Below, piece by piece: positions 1 to 10,544 of a stretch of 64,000 nucleotides of DNA; position 1 is the stretch's first letter; each line of letters begins with the position of its first letter. This DNA is from Promethearchaeota archaeon. Lineage in GTDB: Archaea > Asgardarchaeota > Lokiarchaeia > Sigyniarchaeales > SOKP01. The notes beneath the pieces were generated by a model. That model had not been told where the DNA came from, made no database searches, and saw only the letters and a program-made list of their open reading frames with translations. The stretch lies in assembly GCA_016840085.1 (NCBI GenBank), contig JAEOTA010000036.1, positions 32,001-96,000 on the forward strand, written 5' to 3'. Made by a program: the position numbers and the translations under genes.

Positions 1-666
1 ATCATTGTCGTGTGTACAGACCTTGAGGACGATGATTCTTCCGTGAACTCGAAGATATTAAGCATAAGAGCCAAATTCATGGAGAAATATGGTAAAATCT
101 TAGAAGATGGGAGTTGGGCTGGAAATAGGACTTTATTTTATGAATTTGAAAAAGTGTTAGATAATTTTATATTAGGAGCAATAAAAATTTCCATAATAGG
201 ATTTGGAGGTGTGGGTAAAACTACATTAACGCGTCTTATAGCGGGTAAAAATGTAGATTTAGAATATGTTCCAACAATAACAGCTGATATTGTCTCATAT
301 GAGGGAGATGAATTCAAAAGAACAATAACCTTATGGGACTTTGCAGGACAGGCTCAATTTAGATCGTTATGGAAAAGCTTATTGACAGGTTCGGATATGG
401 CTCTACTTGTTACTGATTCTACATTTGAAAATATAAATGGTTCAAAAGAAATTATTCACGAGTTACTTGATAAATTTTTTCAAGATAAAATAGTTATAGG
501 TATTGCTAATAAACAGGATTTACCAAATAGACTGACTCCTGAATTTTGTGAGAAAATCTTGTCTAGTGAAAAACGTATTATTAAAACTCATGGTATGATT
601 GCTATTGAACCAATGTATCGTGAGAAAATATTGGCAATATTAAAAGAAGCCATAAAAGAATTATAA
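1..666 (+). CDS. Ras-superfamily (Arf/Rab-like) small GTPase with probable N-terminal longin-like domain; 5'-truncated by window edge
   Basis: G1 GFGGVGKT, G2 YVPTI, G3 WDFAGQ, G4 ANKQD. The frame is open from base 1 (IIVVCTD...). The first ~55 aa (...FMEKYGKILEDGSWAGNRTLFYEF) resemble the end of an Asgard longin-like domain. Confidence 0.85.
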   Translation: MIVVCTDLEDDDSSVNSKILSIRAKFMEKYGKILEDGSWAGNRTLFYEFEKVLDNFILGAIKISIIGFGGVGKTTLTRLIAGKNVDLEYVPTITADIVSYEGDEFKRTITLWDFAGQAQFRSLWKSLLTGSDMALLVTDSTFENINGSKEIIHELLDKFFQDKIVIGIANKQDLPNRLTPEFCEKILSSEKRIIKTHGMIAIEPMYREKILAILKEAIKEL

Positions 667-753
667 TATATTATTTGGAATATTATTATTTCATATAGCA
701 ATACTAATAATTATAAAATGATCAATCCTATTCTCAATTATCTTATTAATTAA

Positions 754-2517
754 TTGGTGAGTTTCTTGGTTGATTTCGAGATAGAAGATATAAAATTAGA
801 AGAATCAGAAGGAGGAATAAAAGTAATAAGATTACCTGAATTAACCGAAGAAGAGGAAAATCTTATTGACCCAATTGTGGCACCTACATCTGGTTTAAGA
901 ATTCAAATATTTGATATTGAACTCATAGATGAAAAAGAAAGATATTTGCTAACCCGTCGAAAACTCTTTTTATTTTTACGAGTCTTCAAAGCCATTAGTC
1001 AACAATTTAAAGAAATGAAAGATAATCAAAATTTAAAAGTATTAATAGTTACAGATAATAGACCAAGTAAAAAAATTCTTTTAAATTATTGTTCCCAAAT
1101 TTTTTCTTACGACGGTTATGAAATATATTATCAAAAAGACGATCCTGGTGAATCTAAAGTTTCTGCTCCTTATGGTGCGGCTTCGGTTGCGTTATATGAT
1201 GATATAAATTTAATTATTGTGTTAACTGCTAGTCATAATGATCTATCGTGGAATGGAATAAAGTTTTATATAGATTATCCAATACCAATGTCTGGTAATC
1301 ATATTAAGAATATTTCTAAAGTAGCCCTTGAATTGAAAGAGATTCCTTTTAAAACAGAGTATTACCCTATTTTAATTGATGTAGAGAAAAAAAATAATGA
1401 TTATGTTATCGACCTTTTATCAAGAATCCTTGAAATTAAGAGTATCAGGGATAAAAATATAGTAATTTGGCCGTATTTAGGTAAAGCTAGAGGTATAGTT
1501 AATCTATTTAAGCAATATGGAGCAAATATTACTCTCATTGAAGAAGAACTTAACCCTCCTAACCCTCTAAAGAATTTACAAGAAAATAAATTACAGCAAA
1601 TAATGACTCAAGCTAATTCAAATATAGCACTTTTGTTAGATGCTGATAGGGATAGGATTGTATTATATGTGAAACAGAATGGAGAATATTTTACTTATAT
1701 ACCAAATGAAATCTACTCAGGAATGCATAATATCCTAGCTAAGGAATTTAATAAGAAAATTATAAATGTAAGAACTATACCAAGCGATTTACGGGGAGAT
1801 GATACGAGTTTTATAAACATTTTGACAGGAGTAGGGTATAAACATTTAGGAGTAATTATGTACTTCCTTCTCGGAATAGAAGTTGATCAATCAAAAATCG
1901 ATACAGCAATTCTTTATTTTGAAGATGAGAATAAGAATTTAATCAAGATTGATAATCCAACTCCTATTAGACAACAATTAATTAAATTAATGGAAAGTCA
2001 ACACATTGAAAAGGAATCTTTTTTAATGGTGTATTGGGAAGAGAGTGGAGGTCATACACTCAATATTTTGGATGTATCTAAAAATAATACAACACGGGAA
2101 TACAATTTTACAACTGACTTTACAATTATCGCAGATAAATATCCCGTTCCTGCTTTAGTGTTGATAACAGAACTTATATGCAGAGGTTATATCATTTCTG
2201 AAGCAATAGATTGGTCAATAAAAGGAATAAACCGTACAATTCCAGCTGTTGATGAAGAAAAAATCAAAATTATGAAGAACTTTGAAAAAAATGAGGGAAA
2301 ACAGATTAAAATAGGTGAGAAGGATTATAATATCCATGCTTTATCAGATAATAGTAATATGATTGACCTTTATCAATTAAAGAGTACAGATTCAACACTT
2401 TATTTCAGACCAAGTGGAACAGGCCCAGATGTAAGATTCTATATTTTCGGGAAGGTTGATACTCATTTAGAAGAAATACATAAAGTAATGGAATTTATAG
2501 ATAATAATTACAAATAA
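754..2517 (+). CDS. Alpha-D-phosphohexomutase family (PGM/PMM-like)
   Basis: Catalytic TASHN, metal loop DADRDR, sugar-binding EESGG and phosphate-binding RPSGT motifs. Confidence 0.85.
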   Translation: MVSFLVDFEIEDIKLEESEGGIKVIRLPELTEEEENLIDPIVAPTSGLRIQIFDIELIDEKERYLLTRRKLFLFLRVFKAISQQFKEMKDNQNLKVLIVTDNRPSKKILLNYCSQIFSYDGYEIYYQKDDPGESKVSAPYGAASVALYDDINLIIVLTASHNDLSWNGIKFYIDYPIPMSGNHIKNISKVALELKEIPFKTEYYPILIDVEKKNNDYVIDLLSRILEIKSIRDKNIVIWPYLGKARGIVNLFKQYGANITLIEEELNPPNPLKNLQENKLQQIMTQANSNIALLLDADRDRIVLYVKQNGEYFTYIPNEIYSGMHNILAKEFNKKIINVRTIPSDLRGDDTSFINILTGVGYKHLGVIMYFLLGIEVDQSKIDTAILYFEDENKNLIKIDNPTPIRQQLIKLMESQHIEKESFLMVYWEESGGHTLNILDVSKNNTTREYNFTTDFTIIADKYPVPALVLITELICRGYIISEAIDWSIKGINRTIPAVDEEKIKIMKNFEKNEGKQIKIGEKDYNIHALSDNSNMIDLYQLKSTDSTLYFRPSGTGPDVRFYIFGKVDTHLEEIHKVMEFIDNNYK

Positions 2518-2857
2518 TTATTAATATTCAATAAAGAACTTTGAATATCTTTTTCTTTTTTCCAAACTTTAGCAAGTTGAAATTTCTACATTAAATTGGG
2601 AGATAAAAAGAATTTTGGTTTTTAATAAAATATTTTAGTAATTTTATATTATTCCCCTATATCAAATAATATTTATTTCTTATTTAGATAAAAATCAATT
2701 ATTATTTTCAATACACTTGAATGATATGGATAAGATTAAACATGAAAAAATCAAATAAAACATAAAAAGATGAAAATATCTATGGAAAGAACAATAACAA
2801 CCTTTAAATTGCCAAAAACAGATAATTCAAGTAATTAAAAAAGGAGAGAAGGAAAAA

Positions 2858-5800
2858 ATGGGTGTAATAACTAAAATCGCTTTACGTAATATGAAAAGGC
2901 GTAAGATTCGTTATATTCTTACAACAATTACACTTGTTATTAGTGTAGCATTGTTTGGAGGAGTTATGATTGTCTCTGATTCATTTAATGTAATGATGTT
3001 AGACACTATTGATAAACAATTGGGTACCGCAGATATTTTAATCAGATCTGCTAATAGCACTGATGGATGGTTTAAGCCTAATGAAATTCATGGTGAAATC
3101 GAGGATGTTAAACACGTTGAATCGGTTGCTTACAGGATTTCAGGTTTTAATGTTCATATTAGTGCAACTGATAGCGGGAATCAAGTCGATAATAGTACAA
3201 GGACAGGTATATATGGAATTAATCATCAAGATTTAAATGAAAAAGAATTGGGTGCGGAACCATATATATTGGATTCAGTAAGTGATGGAGATACAATTGA
3301 AAAACTCCTTGATTATATCGACGAGAATACAGGAGATAGAGTATTAGTTATTTCTGAATCGTTAAAAATTCAATTAGGGAAAGATTTTAAAGCGAATGAC
3401 AGTGTTTGGATTTTACCAAAAGAAGGAGAACTACTAGGATATGATCTTCTCAATACAGGGACATGGATTGAATATACTGTTGTCGCTATAATACGGGATA
3501 TTGGTGAAGCACGTGATTTCGATCCAGAAGATCCATCAGAATCTACTATGTTTTCACAAGGACCTGGTATATATACAAATATTAATAATACACATGAACT
3601 TGTAGATGGTACAGAAAATCACACTGGTGAATATAATCTGGGCGTTGTAGGTGTTGATGATATATATAGTGTTTCTTCTGTCGCCAAGAAGATTGAAAGT
3701 AATTTAATTGATCTCAATGATGAAAAAGATTGGAAAGTTAACGACTTAAAATCAGATAGTTTAGAGATGATAGAAACTACAATGAGTACGATGCGAACTA
3801 TGTTTATGATTTTTGGATTAATCGCATTAATCCTTTCAATTATTTTGATGATGAATATTTTTAACATTATCAAAAAAGAACAAGAGTATGAAACAGGTAT
3901 GTTCCAAGCAATAGGTGCATCTAAATCAGAAACTTTTAAGATGTTCTTAACCCAAGGCACAGTAATGGGAATTATCGGAGCGTCAATAGGAACAATTTTT
4001 TCTTACTTTATATCATACGTAATTTTTTCAGTTACTTTGCAAACTATACAAACTATCGCAGCTCAAATGGGAGGATTTTCAATTTCAGAATTTGATATTG
4101 TGTTATATCCAACAACTTTAATAATAACATTTGTAGTAGGATTAGTTTCTTGTGTTGTTGCTTCACTTTACCCCAGTTGGAAAGCTAGTCGTAAACCCAT
4201 TATTGAATGTTTAAATCCAATTGAAGAAAAGTCTAAAAGGGAGAAAAAACACTATTGGCGGAGGTTGATATTCTTTATTTTAGGAGGATTGCTTATTTTC
4301 TATGGTGCATGGCTTATGATTTCTCCTCCTGAAGCTACGACTGAAATACAGACAACTCCAGGACCACCACAAGGAATGGTTCTTTCAATGTTTGCTCCAA
4401 TATTAATCTTATTTGGAATTATTTGGATAATGGCACTTAGTATCAAACCACTTAATAAAGCCTTTGTAGCATTGTTTTCTCCTTATCTACGGAAAACTAG
4501 ATTATTAACTGAAAAAAACATACTACGACATCGAAAGAGGACAACCCTAACTTTCATTATGATCGCTCTAACAACCAGCTTTCTTATTGGGATGAGTGTT
4601 GTGATGGATTCAATGAGAGCAGGAGTCAATACTACTGTTAATGACTTTATGGGAGCGGATATTCGAGTATATACTTTTAATACTCCAAGATCTTTCGAAG
4701 ACGGACTCATCAACCAAACAGGTGTAGATGATGTAATGGGTGTAAGTCATCAAAATGCTCAGATTCGAATAGATAGTGATTGGATTGGACGTAGCTTACT
4801 TGATACTGAATGGAATGATTCAATAATGATAAATGTAATAGATACAGCAAAAATTAAGGAACATATGACGAAAACTATAATAATTTCACCTTCAAAAATG
4901 ACTCTACGTGAAATGATGGATGAAATCGAAATTGGCAACAATATAATAATTGACGAAGAATTTGCTGATGATTATGATGTTAAAGTTGGAGAATATTTAC
5001 TTATTAAATTCTCTCTTGGTACTACTTATGCAAATCTTACTGCAATACTTGATGGAGATATTTATAATGCACATGAAGATACAATTATAGTGAATATGAG
5101 TGTCATCGCAATTGTTAGAACTATTCAAGGATTTTCCACAGTCAATCTTATGGGATTAAGTGAAGGAAAAACCTATAACATGTTTGTCTCGTGGGGAACT
5201 TATGAAGAAATCGCGTCTAAAAATCTGCCTGGTGGAGGAACTGATATGATTTTCAGGCAATTAGCTCAAACTGGAAACGAAACAATCGATAGATTTCTGC
5301 CAAATTGGTTTAACTTTTCTACTGTGGAGACTATATTAAATAGTATTGGTGGAATTGACTATTATACTACAAGGATGGACATTTTTACACCTATTTATAA
5401 TGGTTCAGATATAGACTCTATGGCTTCGGTTGTTGGTATTCATACAAATTCAAATGGAAAATTAAAATCTGATTCGTATTTTGGCAATAATAGTCTCATA
5501 AACCAAACAACTGAATATAGTGGATCTACAATGGAAGAACTCTTGAATACAACGACAGAAAATATATGCGTAGTTGATGAAACATTCATAAAAAATCATC
5601 CTTCAATTAAAATCGGTGATAATATAAGTATACTTCCACAAGATTCATTCCCATTACCCCCAGATGCATGGCCAAAATTTGAAGTTATTGGAATAATAGA
5701 AGCTCCCACATTATATAATACAGAAAGATATAATTGGGTTGCTGGTTTTGAAACTGGTTTTGATGTCGGTGGAAATTCGGTGTATATTAATTATGAAAAA

Positions 5801-6553
5801 GCGAGAAATCTTATATATGCAAATAAAAGGGGAACAAATTATTCTAATGACAAGATAACATCAATTCTAGTTCATTGTGTTGATCCAGTAAATATTACCA
5901 CTAGTAAGAATGTGCTAATGCAAAATCTAGATTTTATGATGGGTGGAAACTGGACAATAGTCGATCTTAAAAGTTTCACACTTCAAATTAGAACTAATGT
6001 ATATGATTGGTTTGCATGGGTGGACAAAGGGGTAAAAGATGAAATTGTCTTAGAAGAATTAATCAACTACATAGAAGATAGAGGGTATCTTATAATATTT
6101 GCTTTTACAAAATCCTTTATGAGTTCCATATTCAGAACTATGCTTAATTTAATTGTCTTCATAACAAATGGCTTACTAATCTTTTCCATAATAATAGCAA
6201 TGATTGGGTTGACACTTCATAGTCTTCTCACAACCATGGCAAGAAGGAGGGAAATAGGAATGCTCAGATCAATAGGATTAAGTAAAAAGGGTGTAATACG
6301 ATCAATTTCAGGAGAAACTTTAATTTTAGCACTTTTAGGTCTATTTACAGGTATTTTTGCAGGTATAATTCAAGGCACATTGATGGTGGATACTATACCC
6401 TCGGGTGGATTCCTTACAGTCACTTGGACAATTCCTTGGTTAACTATTGGCATTTTGGTAGCAACTGTCTTACTTACTGTAATTCTGAGCTCACGATATC
6501 CAGCAAAATGGGCAGCAAATTTAAATATTATAGATGCGGTGAGAACCAGATAA
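2858..6553 (+). CDS. FtsX/MacB-type ABC transporter permease (fused double permease with large extracellular domains)
   Basis: N-terminal IALRNMKRRKIR..LT. Two FtsX-type TM blocks with ETGMFQAIGAS and REIGMLRSIGLS. C-terminal YPAKWAANLNIIDAVR. Confidence 0.9.
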   Translation: MGVITKIALRNMKRRKIRYILTTITLVISVALFGGVMIVSDSFNVMMLDTIDKQLGTADILIRSANSTDGWFKPNEIHGEIEDVKHVESVAYRISGFNVHISATDSGNQVDNSTRTGIYGINHQDLNEKELGAEPYILDSVSDGDTIEKLLDYIDENTGDRVLVISESLKIQLGKDFKANDSVWILPKEGELLGYDLLNTGTWIEYTVVAIIRDIGEARDFDPEDPSESTMFSQGPGIYTNINNTHELVDGTENHTGEYNLGVVGVDDIYSVSSVAKKIESNLIDLNDEKDWKVNDLKSDSLEMIETTMSTMRTMFMIFGLIALILSIILMMNIFNIIKKEQEYETGMFQAIGASKSETFKMFLTQGTVMGIIGASIGTIFSYFISYVIFSVTLQTIQTIAAQMGGFSISEFDIVLYPTTLIITFVVGLVSCVVASLYPSWKASRKPIIECLNPIEEKSKREKKHYWRRLIFFILGGLLIFYGAWLMISPPEATTEIQTTPGPPQGMVLSMFAPILILFGIIWIMALSIKPLNKAFVALFSPYLRKTRLLTEKNILRHRKRTTLTFIMIALTTSFLIGMSVVMDSMRAGVNTTVNDFMGADIRVYTFNTPRSFEDGLINQTGVDDVMGVSHQNAQIRIDSDWIGRSLLDTEWNDSIMINVIDTAKIKEHMTKTIIISPSKMTLREMMDEIEIGNNIIIDEEFADDYDVKVGEYLLIKFSLGTTYANLTAILDGDIYNAHEDTIIVNMSVIAIVRTIQGFSTVNLMGLSEGKTYNMFVSWGTYEEIASKNLPGGGTDMIFRQLAQTGNETIDRFLPNWFNFSTVETILNSIGGIDYYTTRMDIFTPIYNGSDIDSMASVVGIHTNSNGKLKSDSYFGNNSLINQTTEYSGSTMEELLNTTTENICVVDETFIKNHPSIKIGDNISILPQDSFPLPPDAWPKFEVIGIIEAPTLYNTERYNWVAGFETGFDVGGNSVYINYEKARNLIYANKRGTNYSNDKITSILVHCVDPVNITTSKNVLMQNLDFMMGGNWTIVDLKSFTLQIRTNVYDWFAWVDKGVKDEIVLEELINYIEDRGYLIIFAFTKSFMSSIFRTMLNLIVFITNGLLIFSIIIAMIGLTLHSLLTTMARRREIGMLRSIGLSKKGVIRSISGETLILALLGLFTGIFAGIIQGTLMVDTIPSGGFLTVTWTIPWLTIGILVATVLLTVILSSRYPAKWAANLNIIDAVRTR

Positions 6554-6575
6554 TTCTAATAGAAAATAGAAAAAG

Positions 6576-7388
6576 GTGGTAAAAATATCAACTAAAAAGA
6601 AGAAAGTAAGAATGAATAAAGAACAAAGGTCAACAGCAAGAGCAGTTAGGATAGATCCTGATATAGTTCTTGATGTGCATGATCTTATTAAAACTTACAC
6701 AGTAGGCAATTCCACAATTACAGCACTTAATAAAGTTAGCCTAACAGTTAGAAAAGGTGAATTTATCGCAATTCAAGGTCCATCTGGTTCAGGTAAAACA
6801 ACTTTAATAAATTGTCTAGGCGCTCTTGATTTCCCAGATTCAGGCAAGATCATATATAATGTTGACAATAAGGGAATGGGACTTGATGTCACACAAATGA
6901 CAAATAAACAACATAAAAAAATGAGATTGAGAAAAATTGGATTGATTTTTCAATTTTACAATCTTTTTCCAATTCTTACAGCCTACGAGAACGTAGAGCT
7001 TCCAATGGTGTTAGATAAAAAGGATCCTAAAGTAAGAGAAGAAAAAGTTAGAAACCTTTTAAAAAGAATTGGGCTTGATGAACGAATGGAACATCTACCC
7101 ACGCAGATGTCGGGTGGAGAACAACAGAGAGTCACAATAGCAAGAGCTTTAGTTAATGAACCTCTTATTATTCTTGCTGATGAACCTACAGGGGAACTTG
7201 ATACAGAGACTACTACAAATATTATGAAAATTTTCCTTGACTTAAAAAATGCTGGAGAGTCAATTTTAATGGTCACCCATAATAGAAGAATAGCTGAAGT
7301 AGCTGATAGGATTATAACTCTCACTGATGGAGAATTTGTTGGTGAAAAAATTGGTGGAAAACCAATTGAAGAAATCTATAATTTTTAA
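6576..7388 (+). CDS. ABC transporter ATP-binding protein (LolD/MacB type)
   Basis: Walker A GPSGSGKT, Q-loop FQFYNL, signature MSGGEQQR, Walker B IILADEPTG, H-loop VTH. Confidence 0.95.
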   Translation: MVKISTKKKKVRMNKEQRSTARAVRIDPDIVLDVHDLIKTYTVGNSTITALNKVSLTVRKGEFIAIQGPSGSGKTTLINCLGALDFPDSGKIIYNVDNKGMGLDVTQMTNKQHKKMRLRKIGLIFQFYNLFPILTAYENVELPMVLDKKDPKVREEKVRNLLKRIGLDERMEHLPTQMSGGEQQRVTIARALVNEPLIILADEPTGELDTETTTNIMKIFLDLKNAGESILMVTHNRRIAEVADRIITLTDGEFVGEKIGGKPIEEIYNF

Positions 7389-7404
7389 CTTTGAGGTATA
7401 CAAT

Positions 7405-8169
7405 ATGAGAAAAGCTAAAAAGAGTGAAGAGCAAGGGTTAATATCTCAGGAAGTAAAAGACTCTGAATTAGATCCTAATGCTATGATCCAAACATTTGAT
7501 TTAACTAAAATTTACAATATTACTGAAGGGATTGAAATTAGAGCCTTAAATGGAGTTAGCATAGATATTAAGAAGGGGGAATTTGTTTCAGTTATGGGAC
7601 CCTCAGGTTCTGGAAAAACTACACTTTTGAACATGATTGGGGCTCTTGATAATCCTACAAGTGGTGCTGTGTACATAAACAGAACAAATATAGCTCATAT
7701 GGATGATACACAACGTACAAATTTAAGACTTAAACAAATAGGATTTATTTTTCAGTTTTATAATCTAGTGCCAGTGCTATCAGCGTATGAAAATGTGGAG
7801 CTTCCCATGGTTTTTGCCGGTAGACCTAAAGAGGAAATAGAACGAAATGTTACTAAATTTCTTAACCTTGTAGGCATAATAGAGAAGAAGGATCACTTAC
7901 CTTCAGAACTTTCAAGTGGAGAGCAACAAAGAGTTGCTATCGCACGTGCATTATGCAATGAACCCTCTATTTTAATTGCTGATGAGCCAACAGGCGAACT
8001 CGATACAAAGATGGGTATGGAGATAGTTAAACTATTACGAGAACTTAATTTAGAACTTAATCAAACGATTTTAATGGTAACACACGATCCTATGGTGGGT
8101 ACCCTCGCTGAAAGAATACTAAAAATGCGAGATGGTAAAATAATCGCTACTGAAACCACAAAAAATTAA
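7405..8169 (+). CDS. Second ABC transporter ATP-binding protein (LolD/MacB type)
   Basis: GPSGSGKT, LSSGEQQR, ILIADEPTG, VTHD. Start moved from 7327 to the ATG at 7405, which follows GAGGT and removes the overlap with the upstream gene. Confidence 0.9.
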   Translation: MRKAKKSEEQGLISQEVKDSELDPNAMIQTFDLTKIYNITEGIEIRALNGVSIDIKKGEFVSVMGPSGSGKTTLLNMIGALDNPTSGAVYINRTNIAHMDDTQRTNLRLKQIGFIFQFYNLVPVLSAYENVELPMVFAGRPKEEIERNVTKFLNLVGIIEKKDHLPSELSSGEQQRVAIARALCNEPSILIADEPTGELDTKMGMEIVKLLRELNLELNQTILMVTHDPMVGTLAERILKMRDGKIIATETTKN

Positions 8170-8359
8170 CCATATTTTATTGTTTTTTTATTGACTTCTA
8201 ACTTTTAAAATTTGTAAAGAAGAACTATGATTAACTTAAGCATTGAATTCTTTTTTTAGCTTCTTTTTAATCTTAAAAATTTAATTACAATAAAAAATTA
8301 AGATTAATTAATATAAATTCTTTCAAATTATAAAAAATACTTTTAGAATTGACGAAAAA

Positions 8360-9619
8360 ATGTTTCAAGAGAAAATTATTAATGATCAAATCCTTGAAAA
8401 GATGTCATTGGAAAATGTCTTTAAAATCTTCAATGATAACGTTTTTTCAATGCTAAATGAAGAGGAACGAGAATATTGCCATAAGCTTCAAGAGTTTTGC
8501 TTAGATCTTAACCCTAGAATCGATAAATCAAAGGATGTATATGGTTTACTCCCAGAACTTGGAAAGCACGGGTATATTCAACGAATAAATCAATGGAGAG
8601 ATTTCAAACCTGTTGGAATGAAAAAAGAAATCTTATTAGGAGCTCATATTTCTATTCTAGATCCGCAATTAGAATTAGCACGTTTAGCAAGTGGGATATT
8701 ATGTGGTAATCCAACCTTTCATTATTACCAATATGGAGGAGGATATGATACTGCACTCAAGATCCAAGATGAACTATTATCTGGGCAAAAAGTAGGGTGT
8801 ATTGGGATTACTGAACCCGAAAGAGGTTCAGATGCCGTAAATTTAACAACTATATGCACAAAAACAGATGATGGAGCTATTTTTAACGGAGAAAAAGTAT
8901 ATACTACAAACGGACCGAGCGCGGACTACTTTTGTTGTTATGGTGTTTATGATGAAACAAATCCACGAGATACTATGGTACAAGCAATTATTGCCCGAGA
9001 ATTCGGAGTAAAAACTGAACGTCTAAAAATTACTTCTGTACCTCGAGTTCATATTGCGCATACAATATTGGACAATGTTTTTGTCCCTAAAGACTATATA
9101 CTTGCAGATGATGGACTTGGATACAAAAGACTATTTGAAGGTTTAGTTCCTGAGAGACTTTCAATAATGGGTAGCGGTATAGGAATCTGTTGGGCAGGAT
9201 TAATATATGGCATTATCTATACCAATTTGAGAAAACAATTTGGAAAACCTGTTATCAGATATCAAGGGGTTGGTTACGGTTTGGCAGATTTATTAGCAAA
9301 ATCTAACGCTGCAACTGCATTGGCTTTACAAGCGGCAACTGTTTATGATGAAAAAATTCTATTTACGGAAGAACCTTCAAAAGAAGCGGAAAAATGGGTT
9401 GCTGCGATCTCTTCACAAGGTAAGTACTATGTCGCCAGACTTACCCATGATGTTTGTTATGAAGTTCAACAGCATATGGGAGGTATATCGATCACAGATA
9501 ATACTCCTGTTGATGAATTAGTAGATGTAAGTAAAATAGAAGAGGTTATAGGCGGCTCACGTAATATTCAATTACTTTTAATCCAAGGACAAATTCAGAG
9601 ATACGTAAGGTTATTATAA
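8360..9619 (+). CDS. Acyl-CoA dehydrogenase
   Basis: IGITEPERGSDA, FNGEKVYTTNG, RKQFGKPVIRYQGV, QHMGG motifs. Confidence 0.92.
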   Translation: MFQEKIINDQILEKMSLENVFKIFNDNVFSMLNEEEREYCHKLQEFCLDLNPRIDKSKDVYGLLPELGKHGYIQRINQWRDFKPVGMKKEILLGAHISILDPQLELARLASGILCGNPTFHYYQYGGGYDTALKIQDELLSGQKVGCIGITEPERGSDAVNLTTICTKTDDGAIFNGEKVYTTNGPSADYFCCYGVYDETNPRDTMVQAIIAREFGVKTERLKITSVPRVHIAHTILDNVFVPKDYILADDGLGYKRLFEGLVPERLSIMGSGIGICWAGLIYGIIYTNLRKQFGKPVIRYQGVGYGLADLLAKSNAATALALQAATVYDEKILFTEEPSKEAEKWVAAISSQGKYYVARLTHDVCYEVQQHMGGISITDNTPVDELVDVSKIEEVIGGSRNIQLLLIQGQIQRYVRLL

Positions 9620-9650
9620 TTTTTTTCTTTTTATTTCTTTTTTTATTATT
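9620..9650 (+). terminator. Oligo-T tract, probable archaeal terminator
   Basis: T-rich run (TTTTTTCTTTTTATTTCTTTTTTT) directly after the stop codon, between convergent genes. Confidence 0.45.
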
Positions 9651-9691
9651 TTGGTATATTTCTTGATTTTTACTGCATTCTCTGCTTTTTA

Positions 9692-10456
9692 CTATGTGCT
9701 AATCAAGCTAATAATTGATGCAATTATGGATCTTAAGCTAATTCCTAAAAGGAAACAAAATATAATGATCTGGAATTTTTTTACAGGTATTTTTGGAGTA
9801 ATCTGATGACCAAATTTAGTTCCAAGTATTATGATAGGAAATGCCAACAAAAAAACCAAAAGTAATTCATTTGGGAACACATTTTCAATAAAATAGAATG
9901 GAATTCTTGAAATTGATAATATTGTTCCAATTGCTGCAAAATTTTCAATAAAACTTTCTCGATAATGTCCAGTTTTTTCTAATAATGCTACATTAAGGGG
10001 TCCCGCTGCACTAATTAAACCTGTTAACAAACCATAAGAAAAACCACCTAATATAATAAAAGGAGATGATGAATTTATTTCTTTTTGCATTTCAACATCA
10101 GATGGGCTCTTGATGTATTGCATGAGTTTTAAAATAGAATAACAAAAAATAAAAAGACCCAAAATTAATTCAATCCATTCTAAACGAATATTAATCAGAA
10201 GATAAGTCCCAAGAATCGTAGCAGGGATTCCAAATAATAAGAATCGAAAAAAATATCCCTTATCTAAAAAATCTCGATACTTAATGAAATTGGTTAAAGC
10301 AGGTAAGGTTCCCCAAAGATTCACAAGTATAATAGCAGTTTTAACTCCGATTATTGGAGTTATAACAGGAATTAATAATAACGCATCACCAAACCCAATA
10401 ATTCCATAAACCATACTTGAAAAGAAAATTGGAATTAAAATCAGATAGATCATCAT
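9692..10456 (-). CDS. TauE/SafE (sulfite exporter) family membrane protein
   Basis: About 8 TM segments. GIIGFGDALLLIP and GLLTGLISAAGPL repeats typical of the family. Confidence 0.85.
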   Translation of the reverse strand: MMIYLILIPIFFSSMVYGIIGFGDALLLIPVITPIIGVKTAIILVNLWGTLPALTNFIKYRDFLDKGYFFRFLLFGIPATILGTYLLINIRLEWIELILGLFIFCYSILKLMQYIKSPSDVEMQKEINSSSPFIILGGFSYGLLTGLISAAGPLNVALLEKTGHYRESFIENFAAIGTILSISRIPFYFIENVFPNELLLVFLLAFPIIILGTKFGHQITPKIPVKKFQIIIFCFLLGISLRSIIASIISLIST

Positions 10457-10544
10457 ATTATAAGATTTCTTAATTTAGTCTGTTTAAAAAAATTTGAGGT
10501 TTAAATCTCAATTTTTAAAGAAAAAGTTTAGATAATAGATTGGT

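Noticed and set aside
7327-7404. N-terminal extension of the second ABC ATPase
   Set aside because: It overlaps the upstream gene by 62 bp; the ATG at 7405 has an SD-like GAGGT and gives a normal-length protein.
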